DNA of 61,577 bases, counting the filler, from Choristocarpus tenellus KU-1152 (Eukaryota; Protista; Phaeophyceae), in the NCBI GenBank assembly GCA_964200185.2. It is 4 parts of 4 records of this genome, joined end to end, with 100 filler letters (N's around TTAATTAATTAA, not from the genome) between each part and the next. Parts side by side here need not be neighbours in the genome. Positions count along the whole stretch, not along the records: positions 15,992 to 42,199 come from CAXNAD020000171.1; 3 more parts are not named here. The stretch is one strand, 5' to 3'. Under the pieces are notes generated by a model that worked only from the letters and a program-made list of their open reading frames with translations, searched no databases and was not told where the DNA came from. Below, one piece after another: positions 25,177 through 37,100 of this stretch (position 1 is the first letter of the stretch; every line of letters starts with the position of its first letter). Position numbers and translations under genes: made by a program.

Positions 25177-28100
25177 GTTTGTTGTTGGTCAAAATGTCGC
25201 TTGTTAGGCTGCAGGAGTGTTGGCATAGGAAACAGAAATGTTCACTTAGGTTGAGCAATGTGATTCTTTATGATGTGCTTGGAGAATTCAAGTACTTGAA
25301 TGGTGACTTCCTCAACGCCCGCACAATTGGTGCTACTGCTCTACTGGAGCAGGTGAAGGCCTTCCTTCTTGGTGACTCCCAGAATGTATATGTGTGTGAG
25401 AGAGATTTCTGCATTTGACATGAGTGTGAGTATGTTAGATTAATATGACTGGGATGTTGTGTGGCAGTTCTAAGAAGTGATGATGGAAGCATAGAGCGTT
25501 AATGGTAGGTATTCTTCTGATTTTGTTGAAACACATTGTCACCTGTAGCATCAGCATCCAAAGTATACTTTGTTTTTTGGACCCCATGCAGGGTTTGCGA
25601 TGGTTCGTGCTCCTCCAGTGGAGAGGATACATTTGACTTGGAAAAACCTTACAACCTCAAGTGGGAAGGTCTGGACGACAAGAGGGTGACATTTACAATC
25701 ACGGTAGGTGATTGTGCGGTTGAGGCTACACCTGTTAGCCCACTCCTAGATGTTCAGCGTACCCTCTTATTGATTCTTGATCTATGTACTATCATGGCCA
25801 ACTTGGATATCACAATGAGAATTAAGAGTACTCCTTTAGCTGCACATCATACTCAGGACACGCAGGTCGCTGATAACACTCCTTGATTTGCATTGGTTGT
25901 GCATATGTAACTATCAACAAAAAAACGTCGCTGTCTCATCTATTTGCTGTACGTAGATTGGTATAATCCCTCCCTCTCCACCACCATGTGCCATTTGTTG
26001 CTCTATTTTGTTGTTACTCCTTGGTATCCCTCCTGTGGCAGGTGGGTGAAGTAATTACAACTGGATTTATTGGCATTGGGTTTGGTTCCCTGAACATGAA
26101 AGATGCTGACATGGTCTTTTGCAAGTTTGAAGAAGGTACTGACCCGGAGTGCTATGATGGCATAAGCTTTACCAACAAAGAGCCTAAGAGGGATACTGAT
26201 GTGAGTGTGTGGTGGGATAAGTATAGGATTTTAACGCTTTCATTGCCATGTACAAAGACATTTTGTGGCTCTAATGAGGTGACCTGCTTTCCTACATATA
26301 CTTCACACTACGGGTTGTCAGTGTGAGCTGTTGTTGCTACCTTTTCTTTGGGATTGTGTTGGGTCGTGGTGGACATTATATATATGTATACCGTTACATC
26401 TTGTGAAAACAGCAAGTGACTTGAGGTGAGGAACACAACATTATTTTGGCATGTTTTGCAAGTTTTGTCCTTTAGGTACTACTGAGTAGGAAGGGAATAA
26501 GATGCAACACTTGAATCTTTCAAAGCTTTTTTTCTAGTTGTGTAGGGGTGAAACACATGTTTCATTAATGCCTTACACTTGCTGAAGGTTCTGAAATGGA
26601 GAACATTTATGCTGGAATGCAGGATTGTGACGTCTGCGTCTTGTGGGTGAAGACGTTATAATTTAATCATAACACCAAATATCCTGCTATCCCAGCCTTG
26701 CTCATGGTCTTCTCTACCTATTACGATACACAGTTTATTGCATTTTTTTAAAAACCTTTTGAATACCATACATGTGGCCTCATGAACAACTGCAGATGGG
26801 TGGAACTAACGACTTAACTGCAGTGAGCACCTTGGTGGAGGATGGTTTTACCAGAGTCATCTGGACACGACCATTCCTGGCTACAGACGACTTCGACAAA
26901 GCCATTGAGACATCTGGGACAACAGATGTGAGCCAGATAAGAGAGCAGGAAGAGAAAACTGTGACCATGCTTACCATCCATGTGCTTTCATTTCTGAAGC
27001 CTCGAGGAAGATGGAAATGATGACATGGTGACAAAGGCTTTGTTTCTGTCCCTAACGCTAGAATAGCTTTTTCTTTTGACTTCCAAGAAGGGGATTATGC
27101 ATCTGTTGCCCTGTGACCGCTTTTAACCAGTATTAGAATACTGACTGGAGCACCAAAGGTTGATGCAACAAGCATGGAAAATGTGAATCATGTCAACCCC
27201 TGACTCTAGAATGTCGAGCGTAATGGTGGGGGTGCCCAGGTTGGTGTTGTCTCTGTGGATAAGGAGCAGCCCAGTATCAGTTGCCACTCGCTCTGTCTTG
27301 ACCCTAAGTGAACCGCTCCTTTCAGCATTAAGTGCATGCCTTACTAACTCTTGAAATTGGTAGTACCCTACGCTTAGACTACAAACTGAATCAAATAGAC
27401 ATCCCTTCTCAACCAGTACCAACTCATGCCCAATACCTGTATCACAGGTGATTGTGGCTTATAATCCTCAAGACATCGCTTTTCATGGCATGAGTCGCAT
27501 TGCCAAGGCAAAGATCGACTTTTCCACAGGGACAACTATTGCGACATCCTTTGACTCCCACTCCTCGTTTTTTGCCTTCCATGGTGCAGGTCTGGTACTC
27601 GAACCTTTCTCCCATCTCCCTCCCACGTCTTGGTATAGGAATATCATCTCCATTGTTCCTAAAGGAGGAGCTATGCACCTGATGTTTATGTTATAATTTT
27701 TATCCATTCTAATCAACATGACGGCTAGATCATCACTATTGCAATGCTTTGATATTCCAAAATAGAAGAAGCATTGATGACGTAAATGATTGGAGCTTGA
27801 AGCTGGGTGTGATGTTCGTGCATTGCACGTTTGTTAGGAGATCAGCTGGAACTTGTTTGCACAATTTTTCAATGCATATTCTGATATCCTACTGCGGCAA
27901 CCGAGTGTTGACAACGAATTAATGTGTCCTCCAAAGCACAAAGCTCAATTTCGAAGTTGCTAAGAAATGAGCAAATACTCAGCTCTCAAGCACTGTGGTC
28001 ACAATTGTCCATTTATTCGCGCATGGCCTTGTTCTGTCGCTATAGGAACTTGTCTATATCCTTTCCTTAAATGAACAAGTATGCCATTTTGAGAGTTACG

Positions 28101-31100
28101 AATCGAATGGAGTCCTGCGCACTGTACCCACATGAGAGATTTTTGATGTGTTTGACAATTGAAGTGTACATCATATCCATTATGATATCGACTTTTCTTG
28201 TCTTCAATTTTAAATATTGGAATTTGATCAATACAATTGACAACCTGGGCCGTTTTCTATGCAAACAACTTCGATCATTTGCAGTGCTTATGCAGGCGTT
28301 GGATTTGTATTCCATGGAATGCCGCTTGACAATTGCTCCAGTTCCTGAGTTGCACTATGGATTTCCAAAGTGCTACAGAATGCATCTTTTGGCAGAAACT
28401 CAGCACAATATGCAACATGTTGTACTTAATGGAGTTACTAACAATGAATTATACAAATGCAAAAAATATATATGCAAAGCATATGCAAGTGAAAGAATGA
28501 TTCCAAGCTCCCTCTGCCAATATAGGATGTCAATGCTAAGAGGTCTCCTCCACAAAAGTTGCGTTTTTGAAGTAGTGACCTATGCACATATCAGCAGGAT
28601 GATGGCAATGGCTCCAGCGAACCAACCCACTCACTCTTCCTTTATCCACCACTCCTTTCATACAGTGATGCTTTTAGCATGGTGTGTGGTTGGGCCAATA
28701 GCTATTTTCATCGCTCGTTATCTGAAGGGCTTGCCAATGTGGCTGGTGTTGCATGAAGGCAGGTAGGTAATCTGGCGGTCTCTGTTGGCAGGTCGATCAC
28801 TGGACTAGCATTGGAAGTTTTGCTGCCATACCTCATTGGTTCTATGTTAGACAATTGGCCTGTAGACGTCCACCAATGGAAGCCAACAGATCGGTCAATT
28901 CTTTCCCTGTTAGATTAACCCAATGTTTTGAGCATGGCTCTGTGCCTGAAACCCAGTCAGCAGAGAGTACTGATCACGCCAAACCAATCAGTTTATTTGG
29001 GTTGCCCACTCCATTGCATTTGATGCATGCCCATTGCGATTGTATTGACCTAGAGAGACGACCTGAAATCCTAGTTGTACCAAGTTTCTGCTGACTGGGA
29101 GTTGTGATGAACTCTTTAATATTCTAGACCAGACTGCTACATAAGGATCGATTTACTATCGTATACATCATCAGTTCAAGGAAACTCTACACGTATCAAC
29201 CTCTCACTCATCCTCACCTTTCCCTGTCTATCCATCCATCGCCAAAAGCATGGCGTTCGTTGCTGAAACGGTGATTCCTGTTGCTGCATCTGCCCTAGCA
29301 ACCACTAAGGTCGGAGATGAAAGACGGTGGATTTTATAGTAGGGGAGGACTGCTCACCTTTGCATGAATTGCATTTAGGACCAATGCGTGCCATTGAGAA
29401 TGTTGAATTGACAAATGTAGAAACAAGAATATTATGGATTGGTACGTTTTCTTGCACAACCCATATATGCTGCTGAGTATGTTTGGACCTTCTCTTTCAT
29501 CTGTAGATGTTCCATGTTGTAAGTGCAACACTCTGTAGTACTTACCACCACTGAAACACAAGGTGTCAACCACCTGAAACTTGCAACTATACTTGCAATA
29601 CACCCTATCCACACTCAGGGCCACTTTCGTTCATCACACTCCGTCATGGGCACCATCGTTATGGTGCTTGTCATCTTTCAAGTGGCCTCAGGCCTCAACC
29701 GCATCACCTCACTCAAGGGTAGTCAATACAGCATGACAGCCAAGGTATGTCAGGTGATGAGGTGGTCAAGGGACCTCATCAACATGACTTGCTTGTCGGA
29801 GGGAATAGAGGGTTTCATGCTTCTTGCTTTTGTCTCCTTCTGCACACAACTTGCGAACTAGTGTTCAGCAGACTAGAGGCATGCGGAGTATTTTGGCTTG
29901 TCAAGTGTTGTAGCTTAATGGGCTAGGTATTATTTAGTGTTTTATGTCGTCTATATATGTAAAAAGAGTAGTGCACACGCTCTTCTTTACATGGTCCGTT
30001 CATATTGGTATGTTTGCGTGTAAAGGTCCTTCCCACTTTGTGTTTGTTATCCTCATGTTTTCCTTCAGACAATGACATTAGTGCACACATGGGGAGGGCG
30101 CGCCCTAGCTGTGCTTGGCATTTTCACTTGCTACCATGGTTTGTGCCTCATTGCTCCAGATGCTGCATTCACGTTGGGATCTGCGGGTGTCACAGGCGAA
30201 GATGCTTTTGGACTTCAGATCAGGGGCTTTGGAACAATGCTGAAGTGGGTTCCAGAACTGTGTTGTGCTGAAAGACATGTGCCCATTTAACATAGCCCTG
30301 AAATAAAAAGATGTTCTGATTGTCTACTAGTATTGTCAATGACCTGCCTAAACGGGTCCTTGTTTCTTTGAGAGTTACTGACTTGTAAAATATGTAAACC
30401 TCTTAAGTGACAATAGACATGCCTTATGTTCAGGGCATATGCTAACTTCAAGTGTGCTGATGATCCGCCCTCTCCTTATCTGGTAAAGGTACTATTGGTA
30501 TTACATCATTTCCCTGGCAGTGGTATTTGCCCTTGGTGAGGTGCGACTACGCTTTCAGAATATGCATGTGAAGGTAGACTTGAAGAAGCGCTTGGATCTG
30601 CCCATCTTCAACTTGAAGGTGAGCATGCCTTGCTGGCATCAGTATTTTGTTGCCCTATCTTGCAGAAAAATGGAACTGATTAAATATTTTCAACCCCTTC
30701 ATGAATATTCCCTACTCTTGCTCTATCAATTTAACATGCTCTTGTGGAGTTTGTAGTAACTTGTTAAAGGGCAAGATTCTATGCCAGAATAGAAAGTGAA
30801 CACTCAAGAACATTCACTACAATGCTTTGATGATGCAGCAGCAGACTGATATTGCCTGTAATCCCGAGCACTGCATACCCTGTATTGATCTCAGAAAGGA
30901 AGCTATCACTAGAAGACATCTCGACAAATGTCAAGCTAATTTTGCTACATTCTGATGCGACTTGTGCTTTTATTTATGGAGCCCTCCAAATCATGCTAGG
31001 CAACTATCAGCAACTCAAAGAACCCACCGTAAACTCCCGCATCACCCACCCCAAACAGGAATTTCACGCACATGTGCACAATGGATCCAAATGGGTGCTA

Positions 31101-34100
31101 GTAGATGATGCAATTGTGGATCTAGACAAAAACCAATTCCGTGAGTACATCCCATATTAAATGGTGGGAATGTGTTGATTCAAGAGACCTTTGAGACCGG
31201 TCTAGGAGCGGAGAATTGTGCATCCATTGTGGCTGTTCGGGAATAACTGCGAGATAGGTTTTCCTTCAAGTTCAGGGGGTATCCAATCCTTTTCTAAAGT
31301 TGAGGTGGCAAGTGTTTATGTGAAGTCGTTTATGCTTCCATTGTTGCTTTCCAGGAACCACTACAAGATAGGTTTTCATTCAAGTTCAATGGGTATATCT
31401 GTTTCCAAAGTTGAGATAATCAAACATTTCAGGTAAAGCCAGTAAGAATTCAACATTGTTGTCCTTTTGGTACCGCCTTAGTTGAGATTCATCCTGGAGG
31501 GGCCCGAGTCTTGAGAGGGTCAATTGGGACAGATATCAAGAAAGAGTTGGCTGGGGACGAGGCTGCTGATACTGGGCATTCCCATCGCCACTCAGCACAG
31601 GTGAACATCTGTGTTAGGAAACTTCCAGGAGGTTCAAGTAGAGATTAGTGCGAGTGGTGTTAGAGTGGTGATTTAAAGTACAGTATGTCCCAGTGACCTG
31701 AAGAGGGACTAAGGGTTTGATTTCAGATTTTTATGTTATGCTTTTAGCTTTAGAGCTCTATCGGTGAATTATCGCTTTCCCTGACTTCACCAACACTCTC
31801 TTGATACCTGACCACACTGCGCAGGCATTGAATGCTGTGGCGAAGATGGTTGTGGGCTACGTAGGTGGTTCACGCCATAGGTCTAATTTAATGAAGGAAA
31901 ATGTCAGCGCAGAAGAAGCACCTGTTGCGTACCAGAAGTATACCCTTCGATCAGCTGTCCAGGCAAGTCAGCTATTCTATTATAACTTGGACCCCATTTA
32001 ACAAATATAGATAAGCCACAAGAATGAAAAATCACATGTTTGAGATTAAGTGTACACCTTGAAAGTTCCATTCTGAAGACCACTGCCCTTGTTCTACATA
32101 CGACTCTTCTATGGTCTATGTCTACTTGAGCTTGCTTTGAGTGAGAGTGCTGACTGCTGCACATGCTACCATTTGAACCACAGGTGTGTGAAAGTGATGA
32201 ACGACCTGTCTTTCTCTACACATTCATGTCACGCAAGGATGAGAAGCAGCCTCAAGAAGTCAAGGCTGGTGAATACATGCGATTCCAGGCCTCACTTGCT
32301 GATGGAACGATTGTACAACGGTAAGCTAGAGTCACTGTGAGATATTTCTGTATTTGTGACAGGAGCAGTTATATAGGGGGTGGATTGCATCAAGAGTCTA
32401 GGAGTCATAGATAGTAGGTTTCGAGGCATTAATCTAGACATCTGACATACGATATGGACTTGATGTTTCCCCCTTTTCTAGTCTTCATATTATTTGCAGG
32501 ATACCTCATATTTTACTATCCCAATTGCTTACGCAGCTCATACACAATGGTTAGCATGGTCCAATATGGAGGGCGGAGGGGCTACTGCTTTGCTATTCGC
32601 CTCTATCCAGATGGGCTCATGTCTGGTGTCCTCAAGAACCTCCAACAAGGATCAAAGATGCGAATGATTGTGGGTGCTGTTGAGGATTGCATTTGTAGGT
32701 GCACATTCATACCTGTGAGTATTTTTTTCAACCAGATATAGTGCAGTATTAACCATCCAGACAACATAAAACAGTACCTTTTTGTTTGTTATGACAATGC
32801 ACAAGATGACCCAAGAATGTCAAGTGACGCAATGTTATCAACCACTGGGCAGACACTCAACTGCAGTAAAGATGCCAGCAATGGAACAATTATTGCTGAC
32901 ATGAATACGAGATATTGTTTAACGAAGGACAATTAATCAACACTACTTTTTTGTGTTTAAAGTTCATTGTTACCTTCGCTGTAGGTTCTCCAAGCCATGC
33001 TTACTTTGGTGATCCATAGAGAATGCTATATACACCTAAGGAAAGGTACCAGGTTTTCTCTTCGATTTGATTAAATTTATCAGCAATTTTAAGCGATGTG
33101 TAATTTAAAAGCTTATTCATTAGGTTTTGCCTTGTAGTACATGTTTGAGGATTGAATCGAAGCTCTTCTGCTTTCACCAAGACTCAAAGTCAAGAATCGA
33201 TTGCTAAATTTTGTGTCCCCTATCTTCTACGGACTGTACTTCTGTTCTGAGTGCATCAAGTCCTTGCCAAGTATATTTACCCTACACAAATGTGGGTACA
33301 GCTTTTGCCACCTCACCGTAACTGCTAAATGCAACGGTATCGTTTTGTCATCTTCACAGGGGCCCTTCAACTTGGCGGGAGTACAATTCCCTCCTTTTGA
33401 TGACTACGTATACATGTTTGCTGGAGGTACTGGGGTATCTCCAATGCTGCAGATATTAAGTCAATACTTGAAGCGTTCAACATTGGTGGTAGATGAACGC
33501 CTACCACACAGTGGAAATGGCGAATATAAGCAACACAATCCTTTGAAGGCTGGCAGGCAAGTAGCTGGCGAGGGTTGTCATGCAGAGGAAGACGTGCATC
33601 TGGTTTCAGAGGACCAAAGAGGAAAACTTCTTCCATGGCCACCCAGTGGAACAGGCGCTGGAAAGCTGTGAGTTGCACTAAGTACTTTGATCTTACCATT
33701 GTAATATGTGTCGGTTTGTTACACTGGATCTATGGTGCACTGCTTGCATATGAAACCACACCAAGATACCTGCCAACACATGGGAGCTTTGGCTTTTACC
33801 TGCAGGAGCACATCCTACCACAACGTTCTTATAGTGAATGTATGACATTCTACAAGCTGTGAACCTCATTCTGAGGTAGTATGTCGATCATTTTTCTGTG
33901 CTGCCGTATCAGATTCCTGGTGTGGCAAGCGAAGTCTGAGTCAGAGCTCTACCTTAGAGACTGGATCGAAAGCTGGAGAGAATGCAGTGGTGGTCGGTTT
34001 TCATATGTCTACCTTGTGCAGGTTTGCCCTATTTGTATTAATTCTATAGGCTTAGGAATCCGACCTCGTGTGTTGACATCTAGGTGCCCTTGATGTGGAT

Positions 34101-37100
34101 AGACAAAACAGTTTTTGTCGACAACTGTTTAAATGTGGTTTTCTTTCGGTTTTGTGTTCCAGCGATGCCACTCTGCAGGGCTATATCAACATTAGCAAGC
34201 AGTTGGCTGATCGATGTAGTGCAAATCTTGTATAGCCCTGCGGGGAACCTGAGCGTTGGTTCTCAAGTCTATCTTTTGGAGCTCTGCACCACATTTCCAA
34301 TATCGACCTTGATGATGATCGAAATATCTCAATTTTACATTCTACTAGACGGCACACAAGTATTATTATTTGGCTTTTTTGGTTCAGTAGTATAGAGATA
34401 TTGGGGTTCCAGCAATGCCTAGCTTTATATTTGAGGTTGTACCTTCGTAATTGTAATTGATAATGTTGACGTTACGTTGACCTTGTGGAAACACCTTTGC
34501 AGCAATTCCCTAGCAGAGGTATGTTTTTAAAACTCTACAGTGAGGAGGTATCACATGCAGCAAATTGTGGCAAATGATGAGCCTAATGAGGATGTCACAC
34601 TTCCCACGTTGTACCATAGGATCTCAATGGAACTACCTGGTTCCAAACCTCATACCCCCTCCCTACATTGCACTCACTCTCTTCCTCATTAATTCTGCAG
34701 CAACCGAAGAAGGAGAAGAATTTCCGTGGGCGGCGTCTCAGCTCTGGTTCTGGTAGGACGGATGCTGATAGGTCTCGTTCGCGCTCAAGAGGTTCTTCAA
34801 TTCAAAGGCGCAGGAAGAAACATGTTACAAACTCTGAGCACCAAGACCAGAAGAAATGCGAGTCCAGTACAACCAACTATGAACTGGACAAGGCAGCACA
34901 GCATCATGTTGTTGGTGATGCTTCAGTGGTTGACGCCAAGGTAATGAAAATCGAGATTCATCAAGTATGATTTGGATGTGTGCATTCTAGGTCCCTCAAT
35001 CCTCGTTCATGCACTGACTTTGATCAGTTTGTCTGACATAGGTGAAAGTACTATAGGAAAGCTGCTCTCTTCCACATGTACTGTCTTCGTTCAATCTCCC
35101 TGCTCCAAAATACAACCTTAGTTTCAGTAGGGAAGCTGTTACTATCATATGTATCAATGTAAAGTTTGAATACTTTTACTGAAAGGTAAGCAAACCCCCA
35201 GCATATATCTGAGCTAGCTTTGTTGTTGATCATGATACGGCTTGGTGCCATAAGTACTTTTGTTTACAATTTAAACCTCTCGAATGCATTCTGTCGTATT
35301 TCACAGTATTGTTTAGAAGATTAGAGCAAAATGAATGAACCTCTTCTGCGATTTCTTGTTATTTCCAGTCCTGTTTAAATTTGTTTTGCAGTGCTTTTGA
35401 AGTTCAAGAGTCCCATCAAAACAGTGTAGTTCTGAGAGGAGATTGATCTACAATGCACACAGATTTGTAATATGACAAAATATGTTAGACTTGGGTTTGA
35501 ATTTAGGATGTCATAGCACTCAGTGATTGTTTGACAAGTTTGTTCAAATCAGAATGTAGTCTACTACCTCAATCTCAAGTAAATTTTCGATATGAATATT
35601 TGCACGGACTAAAAGCTGGTAGAACTTCCAGCAAGCTTTGAGATGTCAAGGGGAAACAAAAGAAATACATGCCCGGGTAGGAAAAGGAGTTCGTGGTACA
35701 TGCATCCATAGTGGGATGATAGGAAGCACAACGGACCAAGGACCATCTTACGCACGGAGCCGGAGATTGATTAGGAAACATCAGAGGCAGCTCATGAGAC
35801 GAACACAATTTGCAGTACGTGCAATATTTGCAAGTTTGGGGGGAGAAACCAAGGACATCCTCTATAGCCGTAAATCACTGAGCAAAGGCATTCTGGGAGG
35901 TACTGGAGGGTGTTTACATGTTCAATATAGCCTTGGACAGAAATGATTTTTGTCAAAATCTAGCCAAGATATTGGAAAATCGATTACGGAGCTAGGTCTG
36001 CGAGGAAAGGTGTATGAAGATGAGACAGATTGTGAGTGGAAGTATCTTAGAGGGTACGAGTTTTGCTCTGTTTTTCTGTTTGGGGCCTGGCTTCCGAAAT
36101 GTTTTGGAGTAGGTAAAATGTCTACGTTACAAAAAGGTGTGTCCAAAACAAGATTATTGACACTTCCTAACAATAGACAATTTTTTTTTAATCAAAATCG
36201 CAACATTGGATTTTTGCCCCAAAGGAGATGCGGCTGTACCCTCTAAGATTCTTTCACTCTAATTCTAAAGACACCGAAGAGACTTGTGTGGATGAAAGTC
36301 GCAAGGTGACAGTGGAGGGCAATGCCACAAAGGAGGATCGATAATGACTAGAGAGAGTGGGATAGGAGAGGTGTGTCCTTCAATGGTTGGATAATGACAA
36401 GTTTTTGACACCTGAGACCAGGGCAGGGGCACTGGTTATACAGGCAGAGGGTCAGAGTGGGCAGGACATAAAATGTGCTGGAAGGGTCAGTGCAACCTAT
36501 ACCATTTTCCTGCCTCCAAGAGGGAAACACGTTGAGATGTTTCAATTGTGGAGAGACAGATCGTAAATCTGCGGTTTGCTCACAAGGTGAAGGGAGAAAC
36601 TCCCAACTAAGGAAGGGTTTAAGGCCAAGGTGGATCCAGAATTGGTTATGTGGGTAGTGGACAGGACTGCAGAACACCACACATTTGAGTGAATACTCTC
36701 ATGATGTCAAACTGGGTTTCCACAGTTATATCGCCAATAATAATGCATATTCTGCTGCTAAAACATCTCATGACTTGACCACTAGATATTGGACATCATG
36801 GGGCCTAAGAACAGTATATTTCTGGCTCAGATCGCATGAAGACCAAGGAACCTTGGGAGTATTCAGGAGCTGTTAGTGTTTGGATTTGAAAAAGACTGAT
36901 TGGTGGGAGAACGAATATTCAAATAGATTGTTTGTATATGAGAAGATGTCCATGATGTGCGTGAGCTTAGGGCACAGTTGAAGAATTGTGGAAACAATGG
37001 GCAAGCACCTCATCCAACCAACTCCTGGGGGCATTGGGTATGGGAACAAGGTCCCATTCTTGAACCAAAACAGGTAACGATGCTCAAGTGTTTCTGAGAG

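Noticed and set aside
28071-28665. 231-aa ORF 28071-28766 as an independent gene
   Set aside because: Only its last ~32 codons (exon 28666-28762) carry b561 motifs; the rest is open intron sequence.
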